From: Phallusia mammillata
Lineage: Eukaryota
Length of the DNA: 64,000 bases
Direction of reading: 5' to 3'
NCBI GenBank assembly: GCA_965637545.1
Contig: OZ281496.1
Span: 24,614,001 to 24,678,000, forward strand
Shown here: piece by piece, positions 13,921 to 26,600 of the stretch
Layout of the letters: each line of letters opens with the position of its first letter
Position numbering within the stretch: position 1 is the first letter of the stretch
The notes under the pieces: model-generated
What the model was told of the DNA's origin: nothing
Database searches by the model: none
Seen by the model: the letters and a program-made list of their open reading frames with translations, nothing else
Program-made: the position numbers and the translations under genes

Positions 13921-14452
13921 CATCCCAGAGTTATTTCAAAAAGACCTTAAGTTTGTTTTAGGTTTTCTGAGTGTACTGTAGACAATGGAATTTAAAAGTA
14001 AACATGCACCAAGCGACAACAGCAACTCTTTGAAGACGTTACTAGCAGTTTAAGTCTGTTTTTGCTATACTCTTTGCTGGGCGACAATCGCAAATCAGGC
14101 TCAAGTCTTAAAAACTGTTTTAAGACTGGAAGAAAACTTTATTACGTTTATACGACAGAAATAACTTGCGTTCGTGACACACTTAAATGCAATGATGATG
14201 ATGATGATTGTACTGATTATTCGGATAAATTATGCTGCAATGAAATAGGAGTCCATGTTGTGAACTCAAAGATATAGAATTCCAAGTGTTGATGCTGTTG
14301 GAGCCGCGTAAGTTAAAACTCTTTATCGAACACTATACACGGACTTGAAAAGTAATTTAATCAAAAACATAACTGCCAGAGTAAATACATCATGCAAACG
14401 TTTCAACAATCGCTATTGTCGCCATCAGTGCAAGTTGTCAATGAAGCTAGAA
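13921..14452 (+). pseudogene. Relic of a fourth C6-like gene: frameshifted LDLa exon joined directly to intron-10-like sequence
   Basis: About 13921-14325 matches C6-like 2 intron 3 / exon 4 / start of intron 4 (about 8945-9318). Pseudo-exon 14159-14307 reads EITCVRDTLKCNDDDDDCTDYSDKLCC, then frameshifts to a stop. About 14326-14452 matches C6-like 2 12486-12500 plus 12933-13070. Confidence 0.85.
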
Positions 14453-14472
14453 ACGGTTTATATAGTGTAGTT

Positions 14473-14682
14473 CAGTGGTTCTCAAACTTCTTTTGATGCG
14501 ACGCCCCTGGACAAGTTTTCTGGACTTGCGACGCACCAGCAAATAAAAGTTAATGAGAAAACGTATTATTAAAGTTGTGTTCATTGATAAAACAACAAAA
14601 AGCCACGAAACGGAAATATTCTGCGACGCCCTTGGAAACATGAAGCGACGCACCAGAGCGTCGCGACGCACAGTTTGAGAAC
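14473..14682. mobile_element. hAT-type MITE remnant with internal GCGACGC repeats and a truncated right end
   Basis: Left TIR CAGTGGTTCTCAAACT; partial right TIR AGTTTGAGAAC; no TSD recoverable. Confidence 0.65.
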
Positions 14683-14856
14683 TGCGGAAAATTTGGCGTC
14701 AGTGATGCGTGACAGACCAAATCCAAGGCTTGGCTGAGCCGAGCTTGATCCGAGTTTCTGCATACCGCTGAGCCGGGCCTATGATCCGGGGATCGGCTGA
14801 GCTTCGATTGGCGCTAAGCCGCGACTTGAGATAATCCAGGTTTCTGCATTCGGCCC
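14683..14856. mobile_element. One-ended GC-rich element fragment, possibly PIF/Harbinger-type
   Basis: Ends TTTCTGCATTCGGCCC followed by TTA (Harbinger-like terminus and 3-bp target); internal GCTGAGC repeats; left end absent. Confidence 0.35.
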
Positions 14857-15102
14857 TTAAAGTTTTTTTTAATTTTCTGGCCTGGTCTATTCCTGTTAGA
14901 ACTTTGTCAATAACTAGACAGGGAAGTGGAGACGTTCTACTGCTTCCATTTTTTCTGTACTTACTGAACAATTCAATCCGCAAAATCACTACGTTGCTGA
15001 TTGTGAAATGATTGAATAAAAGTACAATAATCCTGTTGCAATATTTTGTGAATGAAAGCCTTGTTTTGAATCAAACTAATTTAGGTCTGTAAAAAAACGG
15101 TC

Positions 15103-18100
15103 ATGACTTTTAACCACTTTTGGACCGCAACATGTTTGTTGGTGCTGGTTGTCTTGTTCACTGAACGCTCTGCAGCGTGTAGACCTACTTGTGTTGTAAG
15201 TCTTTCATGTGGGCCGAATTTATTAAAACTACACTTTTCTTTGTTTCGCTAAGTAGGCTAAGTTAAAATTGGTAAGTAAAATTCCAACTACAACCGTAAA
15301 GATCAAGCGTTAAAAAAACAAACTTCATAAAAATACAAATAAGTGCAAACATTATAATAGTGTCTTAAACGAAAACATAGAAAGGTGTTTGGCCACGTGC
15401 AGAAATAGTTCTGTCATATCACTTTCTCCTTTGTAAAAAGAACTGCAAGCTATAAAAAGGTTTTTGGAAGTACAGTATGCTTAGTGTCGGTTTGTGTTGG
15501 ATAAAAGTTTAGTCCCAAACTATAGAAATAAGAGTCAAATAGTATGTACAGTTTCTTATTTTATTCGAGGTCTCCAACTGGTCAAACTGGGATTCCTGTT
15601 CCGAAACGTGTCATATAGGTTATCAGGCGCGGATACGGCATCGGACAAGATATGTGAAACACGACGGAAAAAATTGTCCTTCGCAGGTGGATTACCGTAT
15701 GTGTATACGAGCAGAATGTCCCGTTAATTGCAAGTGGAGTAACTGGGGCGAATGGAGTAAATGTTCGTCGCACGGCACAAAAGTAAGTTAATTGTAAGCA
15801 ATGATAGCAAATTTCTGCATAGCAAGCAAAACATTCCGGTATAGTCAGCAGGAAAATTGAACACGGACTTAGTAGTGCATTTTCATCTATTGCTAAATTA
15901 TTAGACTAAAACCGCCCAATGCCAAAACGACTACCATATTTTTGTTTTCTTCTCTTGTAGTCTACACATTGCCGTTTTCGGTAAAAAGTATCGGCCACAT
16001 TATTTTAATGTTTACCAAGACCCGCGTATACTGTAGGGACTAAAGCGCTGTAAAAAAACTTAATTACTGTGAAGTATTTTTTAGAGCCGTTTGAGAAATA
16101 TCGAAACACCGTTAATGTTTGGCGGCAATGATTGCACAGGGATGAACGTAAACATTGCTGCAGGATGTTCTCCGTCACCGGCTTCCCAACCGACATGTGC
16201 GAATGGAAACCTCTTATGCCGGGATGGTAAAAAAGCTATAACCTAATTACGTAAACAAATAAACTATAACCCGATGTTTTTTTTACCATTGGGAGGTAAT
16301 ATTGTCGTTTTCTTTTTTTCAGGATTATTGTGTTGGAAAATTAAAAATGGACAGTTGTTTTCTAGAAATAACTTGTGTTCGGGACACTCTTGCTTGTAAT
16401 GGTGATGATGATTGTACTGATAATTCGGATGAATTGCATTGCGACAAAATACACCATCCGTGTTCTACACCTAAAGATAGAATTCCAAGCATTGACGCCG
16501 TTGGAGCTGGGTAAGAGCAGATTCAGATACATAAATCAAATTTAAATCGCTTTGGATTCTTTGAATTTCAACCGTAGCCTAGATGGTTGACCCCAAACCA
16601 ACTACGCCATTATTTTTAGGTTCAATATTGTGAAGAACGAAGAGATCGGAACTATTTTTGACAACGAGCGATTCAACGGAAGATGTTCGATCGTTGAAAG
16701 TGGTGACCATAATGGTCGGGAATTTCGACTTCCAGCAAACGTTTTATCGTTTCGTTTTCAGGTAGTCTTTTATAGCTGTTTTGGGGGGCATGCATGCTAA
16801 ATAAAAGTATTGGTAAACGGTTGCAAATTAAAATGAAAGAATTTATTTTGATTCCACGCATTATCTAAAACAGTGATTCTCAAACGCGGCTCTCAGGGCC
16901 GCATGCGGCACCCAACTACTTACATTGCGGTTCGCACCAGACCTCAGAAGACCATCAAAAATTGCTAATTTAGCTTTCAAGGTAGTAATCTTTAGTGTTT
17001 TTTTGAGGTTTCGTTTTTTGCGGCTCCTGACATACTTAAAAAACTACCATTTAGCCCTGACAAAAAAAGTTTGAGAACCACTGATCTAAAATGTTTTGTC
17101 AAAACCAATCTAAACGTTTTTGGGGCGATTGGGGATGTAACATTCTTGCTAATTAATATCAACTTGATTCGTTCCGAAGTAGCTTAGATAATTTTTGTCA
17201 TTTTTTCTTAACTTTAAATTTAGGACAAAATCCTAAAACTTAACATTTACCACTAGACAACTTGCTACTCCTCGTTTTTAACAAAGTCCTACAAATGTGC
17301 CAAAAGCTTTTTCCAACAAGAAAGAGAGGAAAGGCAATCAAAACTTGAAACGGGGTTTTCTGGTATGACGATTTTTCCTCTATTCATGTCTATGTTTTAG
17401 AATTTTATCAATTTTTGTCCTTTTTATTTATAGTTTTCGGTTTAAGTGCAAAAGCAGCGTATAGTTCCGACCAAAAACGAAAAACTATTGTTGAAAACGG
17501 AAGTAAAACCAATTCAAAATATTTCAAACTACAAAGCCGAATTGATGTTGCTGATTTCAGGTAAAAAACGAGCACAAAACTTAAAATGTATGTCATAACT
17601 TTGGGCAGTATAGGTCTGACAAGGAAATTGAAAAATTGGTCTATTTCTGGAATATTTCTTTCAGACTACGTCGTGAAAATATCTTTCTAACCCACTCATT
17701 CCGGCAACGTGAGTTAGATTTACCTGAACATTTCGACTATGCCGAATATTCAAAGATTATCCATGACTTTGGCACCCATTATTATTCAAGCGGAGTGCTG
17801 GGCGGAGAATTCGAGTCGATATTTCGCTATGATCGATCAGAATTGAATGAGTCAGGTAAGCAAATTGATTTCGAAGGTATGATTTTTAACTGTTTATTTC
17901 GATACATTATAGGTCTCACAGAGGAGGAACAGAAAAATTGTATCAAGGCAGAAGCGACTGGTGGAAGAGGTGAACAATGTTCCACCAATGCTTTGTCGCG
18001 ACGCCATGAAGGTAATTAACGGTTTGAATGTTTGATCATAGGCGCAGAGTTTTACCAAAATGCAATCGGTTGTTACTTTTCTCAGATTTTACGATGTTTC

Positions 18101-18769
18101 GTACGACCGTGCTTTACAAACCCTAGGGGGCGGCGCCACCGCCCACTCGGCGCCTATGTGTTTGATAATACCAAAGTATAACCTTGCAACAAATAATCAC
18201 ACTGCATTTTCGGGGTGAATATTTATACCTGATTAAAGTGAAACTTTTCAGGAAGCTTCATTCAAGCCGCAAGAGAAATTATAGTGACAGTTAAAGGCGG
18301 AACATCCGACACGGCCGCATCGCTGAGTTTCTCCAAAGAAGAAACACCTTTCAAGGAAGATTTCGATGCCTGGGCAGAAACGGTCAAAGACAATCCAGCG
18401 GTGGTTGACTTCATGGTAATAGAGCAATAATATTTTGAACATATGTGCTAAACAGTTTCTCCTTGCAATTAAAACATAGCTTATGTCAAGAAACTTTGAT
18501 CACTTTTTGCTTGGTTTCTAATCAAGTTTCATTATGTTTAGTTGGCTCCTATCTCAGCCGTGTTCGAGTCCAACATCAAACAGGCAAACATGAACCGCGT
18601 ACTGGCAGAGTACCTTAAACGGTTTGACCCAGACACTTGCCCTCCGAGGTGTTTGAACGGCGGTTCGCCAATCGTGATAGAAGAAGGAAAAGAGTGCAAA
18701 TGTCTTTGTGCATCCCACTATTATGGTCCAGCTTGCAGAGATCAAGATTGGAGGTCTTTGTTCATGTAA
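15103..18769 (+). CDS. Complement C6-like MACPF protein 3, complete, about 549 aa, secreted
   Basis: Exons 15103-15195, 15570-15782, 16085-16226, 16366-16510, 16620-16761, 17257-17362, 17434-17560, 17665-17855, 17913-18011, 18252-18415, 18542-18769 (1650 nt, in frame). Same intron phases as C6-like 2; FGTHYYSSGVLGG; GLTEEEQKNC...CSTNALSRRHEGSFIQ. Confidence 0.93.
16871..17083. mobile_element. hAT-type MITE (213 bp) in intron 5 of C6-like 3
   Basis: TIRs CAGTGATTCTCAAAC / GTTTGAGAACCACTG; perfect TSD ATCTAAAA (16863-16870, 17084-17091). Confidence 0.9.
18037..18158. mobile_element. Very short MITE (122 bp) with 8-bp TSD in intron 9 of C6-like 3
   Basis: TIRs CATAGGCGC / GCGCCTATG; perfect TSD TGTTTGAT (18029-18036, 18159-18166). 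Confidence 0.85.
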
Positions 18770-20604
18770 AATTACAACAAACATTTTTGCCATATATAAC
18801 CACAAACTGTGTAGATAAGGTCAATTTGTTCATTGTGGAGTTTTTCCAAATAAAATTGAATTCTGTAAATTATAAACTGGACCAAAAATTTTACCAGGTT
18901 ACTTTTCCAAACCCCAGCTGGCAAAAAAACATCAATTTACTGTCTCGGTCTTTAGCGTAATTACCAAGCTTGCACCACAGTGGATGTTATTCTGGCGCTA
19001 GTTATTTCAGCCGACAGTGCATACTGGTGTATCCTACACTAAACTTCGTATAAGAGTAACAATAAATACAAACCCGCACCGTCTATGTTCCTACCGCTAA
19101 GAACCCCAACAAATGTTTGCATAAAATATAAATACTAAAAAATATAGCTCCTTCAAAAAACAAGCCCGCTCTTGCTCAAATATCTCCAAGTTTTTTCTGT
19201 CGATGCTACATGGTGGTTTAGGGGTTTAAAGACATAATCGCGTTAATAGGCACAGCCCATTGGCAATTGACTTGACGGCATGAAACCGTTCGTCACATGG
19301 CAAACACAAATGTGACATATTAATTTAAAAATATATAGGGTAAATAACTTCAAAGACTGTGATAAAAGTTTACTGTCTACATAATGTAAAAGGCTTGCAA
19401 TCAAAAAAATATTTCTTTAAAAGGTGAATCGACTTGGGAAACTTTGAACCATAAGGTTTCAACTGTTTGAAACTAACAGAAACTGAGATTGAGCATCAGC
19501 GATCGCTCGCGTTAACAAACAAGCACAGTTTTATTTGTATCAAGAATTAGAGGAAAGACGCGAACGTGCAATAAACAAAGATCAGGTGAGGTGAAATCAG
19601 TTTTCGTGTACAAGAACTGCTCCCAGCAGCTGGAATTGACAGTGACCACAAGAATTGAAACCGTGTAGGATACTTGTACGTTGTACCATTGAGATAATGT
19701 GACTAGGATGTAGCAGTACTGGATGCTTAGCCTGGTGGTGTATAGTTAAGAGACTATTTGTACCAAAGTGGATGTTCGGTAAGAGACAGATTTCATATTT
19801 CAAGAAAAACCCGTCCCAAACTTACCAGTGTTTTGTTACAATTAAACAAATTATAAGCTGTAGACAATTTTGACTTGATGCTTTTACAATTAAACAAATA
19901 TTTTTCTAGAAAATTCGGCCGACTGAAGTTTAGTGTGCTTTAATCTCGATAACAGTTTGACATGTTTAAAGCAGCTTTAAGAAACGGACACGGTAGCAGT
20001 AAATTGGAAAGCTTGCTTGGTTGAAAACAGCAGCAGGTTGTTGGAAATTGATGTCGTTGAATGAAAGTTGTTTTTAAACAAGTTCCATTGGGTTCGGTGC
20101 TGTGGGATCATTACAATAAATGTCCCACTGCGGCGCAGGAAGAAAGAGGAAGCAAAAGAGGCGGACGGAAAGAAGCATAAATAACAAGTAAAAAAATAAA
20201 TCGTGAAAATTTCAAAACAAAACAGAAGATGTGGAATCGTCATTGGTTTTTTTCATTGATTTTCTTGACTTTTTCCGGATTCAAATTTCTTTGCTACAAT
20301 TCTGCTAAACGCAGGGAAAATTGGGACTTTGCGGGGATAATATGACGAACAAAGTACAAACCTGAATTGGTCAGTGAAATAAAGATTACGTATGTGGGTT
20401 TTTGCACTTCTAGTACATTCTTGGAAACGGGGACACGGCGTTCTGATACAGCGGAACTACCTTTTTACGCGGCTAACACCACGTTACCACGGCAACGCCA
20501 GCGCACCCCGTTTCCAGCACACTGCGTCGGCGACTCCACAAGCATTGGCCTGTCTCGGACGACTTCGTTTATCTTCGGATATTTTCGGAAAACCTCGGAA
20601 AATA

Positions 20605-23600
20605 TTATGTTTTCAGGCGCTGCTGCGCGTCGGAGAGAAAACTTGTCTGCTCCATTGCGTCGGGATTCTCGTCACGATTCTCGTCACGTGATCGCTGCAC
20701 AGCGGTGGTCACGTGAGCGTCCTTGGCACCCAGCCCAATACCCAGATTGCGCAATTCCTCTTCAATAAGAGGATCAACGTCATCGTCATAGTTCCTAACA
20801 AAGCAGGTAAAGTTAAAGTTTGCAAAACGTTATAGAATATACTGACATCGCCCGTTTCTTACATATCGAATGAGCCCTGCTCGTTGGCTTGTTCCTCCGC
20901 CACCAGGATTTCGTATTCATCCGCGGCAAACTTTTCCCAATCACTAGGCTCCGCTACAATTGAGTCTACGTCCTGCATTACAACCAAATCGTTAAAGTAA
21001 CTCATCTTTCAGTTTGCAATCAATTCTTTGGTTTTCCTTTGACAACTCTTTTTACCACGTTATGTTCAGTTTGACATTTTACGAAAAAGTCCGAATACAA
21101 TGTAATAAATGCAGTGATAGATTGACTTGTAATTGCTTAACGATCTGAAATGCCTAAATCGAAATTTTACCTTCTGTGGAGCAAACGGATCTTTTTGTTC
21201 ATGATCAAGGTACTTTTCAACGTTAAAGAAAGTGTCAAAGAATACGTTCGCCATTTTGCAATTCTTGAGGTCCTTCAACGTTATACGGTCGCGATGCAGG
21301 GGTTTTACCATGTCCAGCATCTGCAAAAGAAAGTTGTGTTGTTATATCCCTTGTACCATTTTGCAAGTTTTTCTTCAATGTAAACAAATCTTGGTAATTT
21401 TTTTATAAATTAACGGTAGGCACTACAGTATGAGATTGAACTTAGATCGTTAAGTTTTTCCCCTGGTGAACATGTGGCAAGTTACAACTGGCATGGCCTT
21501 GCACTAAGTTTGTTCAGTTGCAGTTGGTGTACAGTTGAAGTTGACTTGGTGTTAACTTTGAATGTGTATTCAACATCAACTAATATATATTTGTGTTTAT
21601 TAATTATCAGTTTCTAATTCTATTTTTATTAGTTTATAGTAGCAATAAAACATTTCGCGTTCGAAAATAAGGCAATTAAAAAGGGAATTCGCGCTACTTT
21701 TTCTGATCTTACCTGGCACACGCAATCTTCAAACGGTAGTGGTTCAATATCGAGCTGCTCAAGTTTTCTCATTTGCTCTTCGTAGAAAAATTCCATCTCG
21801 TACATAGAGATCACACCATCCCCGTCCAAATCCATGCATCGAAACCAGTACTCGAGGCTGTGAAAGCGAAAAAAAATGTGAAAAACAAAACAAAATATAT
21901 CAAGAGGCCACGAAAATGATAAAAATATAAGCAAAGTCTTGTCAATGCGCACAGGCAAAATTTAACCAAATTACCGAAACGTTAAATTAAAACAAATTAT
22001 GTGACTCGAACTTGAACTTTGGTTAAGACATTACTGACAATCATTAGATCACGTCAAAATGCATCTCCGGTTAACCTAACATATTTCCATTTTTTTAACT
22101 TCATCAACAGGACATTGACAAAGATTAAATCAAAACCAACGATTGTCATGTACTTCACCCAGGAAGACCTTTAATCATAAAGGCACATGGGCTTATCGCT
22201 TCAGTTTAATGCTGCCTACTATCATCCAGGAATTTTTTTAAACGATGCTATCGCAGCGGTAAGTACCTCGTGCTGGATTTTTTGTCTTCTTCGGATATGA
22301 GGAACCACACAAAATCAACGTACGACATTTTTCCGTTGCGATGATCCGAACTGTCCCACCGCGTAACGGCGCCACAGAGTACTCGGTCGATGAGCCGACT
22401 GGAGAGTGCTGCAAAGTTTGTTGACAACAGCGTTACAGGAAGTGACTCTTTCGCAGCGCTCGGCTGCTCGCAAGCCAAAACAAAGGTGTGTGTCGTACGG
22501 CCATGCGCCACACGAAATTAGAAAAATATGCCAAAATACTTGAAAAGAACTTAGTTGTGATTTTGCATTTTTGACCGGTGAGGTTTAATGTAACTTTTTT
22601 GTAATATACCACAATGGGTGTATGTGTTCATAGGTTGGATTAACAAGATCTATGTGACCATTGCTTTTGCGTCAGCAGTACTTAAACTTAGCTAAAAATG
22701 TGTCAAACTGTGTCGTGTATCAAAAGATTGGTAAACCAAATCACCGTAACAAGCAGTTCCTTGCTTAGGTTGAGGACTTGAATAGCAATTTGATCAAATT
22801 TAATTTGACAGAGTTTGTATATAGTAATACTTTTGCACTGATGCTGACAACAGATTGTTGAAACGATTGCATTCAAATGTATCCACTATATACAAACTCT
22901 TTGACAGTTTTCTCTTTGATCGGTTTCGGGTTTATTTATATTTATTATCTGATTTTGATAGACCTTAGTTTTTTATCAACCTGAAAATTGCGGCCAAATT
23001 TATCAATTTCGAAATGTTTTTGGTTTTAAACCGACTTTTCTTTGTGTAATTATTGCTTTCATACCAGAGAAATAATTAAAACGTCTCGAATTATGGTCTC
23101 TACTTAACGAGTCACGATGCTTAACGAAATATTTTGTTTTGTGTGGCAACATGTTTTTGAAAGGTGTATTGAAGAATGTCGAATATGAGATTACAAAATT
23201 TGTCTCAAAATATTTGTTCCTTTGATTCGGCCTGATCGTTTTAAAGCAGTTCCTTCATATCTGGTCACACATACGGTTTCCGCTCGAATTGTTTTAAAGC
23301 AGGTACGGTAGGTCACAAGTTTAAGTCATGATTCGTTACGCGGATATAATACGAAGAATTCGGCGGTTCGCGAACTGTTTTGTCAACTTTCTTGAAAGAT
23401 ACACTACTAAAATTATTTCAAAATATTTCAAAATATATTATTTCAAAACACTTAAATTCCACGAATCATTTTTGTATTACAAACACCGTCACATGCAACT
23501 GGTTCGTACAGTCGGTTGCGATCCTACAGCAGAGTATACACAGAACACAGAACTCAATCATTATTCTAATAGCTGAGCCATTGACCCTAGAACCCACGTT

Positions 23601-26600
23601 TTACGGCGTCCTTGCTGTTTTAGGTTACTGTTCAATGACAATGTGTGTAATGATAATGAAAATAAAAATAAACTTGACTTGTTACAGGTGTAGTAAGCTG
23701 TCAACATAAACACCTACCTCCGTTAGCGTGTCGTGTAAGGTCAAGTTTATCGATGACAAGGTCATGGTCGGTATCCAATTCCCAGAACTTGCAGTAAACA
23801 ACATAAAAATGTTCGTATGAAAAGTATTCGGTGACCGCATTGATGTCTTCCTCTTCCTCCAAAGAGCTAAGTACCTATTGAAGAAAGATAAAATATTACA
23901 GTTCAATGATATGGTGTAGAGTTTTGTTCGGAAATCCAGGGCCTTGATCTTTTCGATGCCACCTATGTTAGAGTTGACTAAGTGTCTTGTGATAAACAAT
24001 CAAATCATATTTATAATCATTTTTTTTACAAATAATACAAATATCATTTGTACAAATAGTACAAATAATCATTTTTTTCCTTGTGACCTTATTGGTCGAA
24101 ACAGCGCACTGTCTGCAGCTTACTTATGATTTATACATTGTTTTCTACTTTGCAACTTCGATTATTTTAAAAGCATTATTTGCATTAAGAGCAGTTGTGA
24201 ATTCGTATTTTGTTGTGACTAATTTAAATTAAATTTGTAAGGGGTATGTAGGAATGAAACTTACCGTTAGAAAGTTGCTTCGTCTAAGTTCAGACACAGT
24301 GATTTGACCCGACCAAGATCGGTTAACGACGTAGAAAATACGCGCAATAACCTGAAAACACAACAATTGCGATTAACAAGGTTGATCAGCTAAGCCGAGT
24401 CAGTACTCAATTAATTGTAGGTATACCGAGCATCATCATTTTCAATACTTTTACAGTAAAGCACTTTGACCAACGATCCTGACAACCTATGACGATCTAC
24501 GTTTATTTCCCTTTTGAAAGCAAGTTTTGTAGGCCACGAAGAGTAAAAGACGGAAACAGAAAAATTTTTGAGCAGAAAATATAGCAACAAAGCAATGTCT
24601 ACTTTACAAATTTGTGACGTCAAAAAGCAAAGTAGGCCCGGTTGAGCATCAAACGTTAACATGTGATGATGGGTGCTCAGCCAAAGTGAATACTTGCAGT
24701 TCTTAACATTCCCAAAACAAAGCACAGTTCAGCTATTTCAAGATTACAATAAGTTGGCATTTCCGTAAGACACATACAGCACAAAACAAGTCCTGATTTT
24801 ATTGATTTTAAAATATCCATAAAACGCAGTGGCTTCCTTTTGGCACTTTAAATAGCCTAAACGCAGTGTCACCATGGCTTAGTTTCAATGCACTCCAACT
24901 TACAGTGTTCATGTAACGTGTGTGGAACTCTGGGGCTTCTCGAAGAAAGGTCAAGCCTGGATGGCATTCCACGATGTCCTAAAACACCAGTTACATAACT
25001 ATGATGTAAATATTTTTCATGTTTAAAACGTCAACAGATTAGGATCTAAGTTTGGAAGTTGGTACATTTAAAAAAGGTTACTTAAATATATTGGCGTGTA
25101 TGTATAAATAAATTATTTCAAGTGCCGCAGAAATACACAACTATAGATTTTCAAATGCGAAGCGAAATATTTGGTTTTTATTGAGTCATTTTGTGCTTTC
25201 GCCGAAATAATAGTATACAAGATAATGCTAGAACCTCATTTTAATCTTAATTGTTCCCCAAAACACCTTTACCATCTAGTCAAATCTGAAATTAAATCAG
25301 TTGAACAAATCCTTGTGTTAGTCTGTAAAGTGTGACGTAAAAAATACTTTGTGAGTTGCAACAGGTTTTAAAGTATAAGAATCACAGGCTTATAAGAGCT
25401 TTCAGACCCGTGAATCGTGTGTTTGAGCATCGAAAACTTCGACTGCAATAAACTCTTGCAACATTAAAGAGAATATTATGTTCTAATATCGTAATATGTC
25501 ACCTGCATTAGACACAGGAAATCATCGAACTCGAGAAAGTTGTTTCCAGGCTTGGCAAGCATCTTCACAAAGCGAGAGGCGTCATCGTGGTTGGACTTGG
25601 CTAACCTAAATCCGGGTCGATAGAATTAATTTGTTTTTGCCAGCGAAACCCAAGCCAGCGTGTTGATCAAGTGTAAACGGATTGCATAAATCTCACAATT
25701 GATATTAAGGATAATAACCAATAGATTATGTATCAATAGGTTTAAATGCGTTGATACAGTACGAATGGGCGTCCATATGTAATTAGATTTAACGGGAATA
25801 TATTAGTGTGGAATATTTCGGTTATGACGTCACACACGTACCTGCTCCACATAGCTATGACGTCACTTTTGGACACGGTGTCCGCATCGCTTTTCGTGGC
25901 CGCTTTAAAGAACGCTGCTTTCCAGTATTCGCTGTATCCGCAGGACTAATACAAAAAATATGTATTAAACAAAGAAACACTTTATGTGACCAAGACAAAA
26001 CATGCTAAATTTTCGATGAACTGGACAGAACTGAATAGACTATCGAACTCAAAGCGGGCGGATTTCAGGTGGAAAATATGTTTAAGAAAACGTTTTTTGA
26101 ATCCTGACGAGAAAAATTACATAGCACCGACAAACAATTGTTACCATTGCAGTTCGTACGGAATTAGGTCCAAAACTTATATATCAATTTTGTGTTTTAA
26201 AAGTATAGTGTTTTCATACGTACCAGTATTATTGAGCCGAGTTCACGCCTGGTCACACGATCCTTTCCGATCTTTCCAAACGCCTCGGAGATTTTCGTTA
26301 AAGTAGATTTAATCTCGTCTGAAAGTAGACATAAGAAAACAAAGTCAGAAAAGGCACTGCTTCGGGCCTTGAAAAGTGTCACACCCTGGATTTATATCAA
26401 CCTAACACCATCAAAGTTAAATGTCTGGTCTCTTTCGTAAAGTATAAGCCATTTACTAGTGTTGCAGAATTTTAAATAAAACTAAACGCAAACTTTTACC
26501 ACCCAATAAGTTTTGCCTTACGGTGGAAATACTAAAGCTAAAGCGAAGTTGGAAATTACTGGTCGATCCTCGTTCGAACTTTTTATTGATTTCAGGCTCT

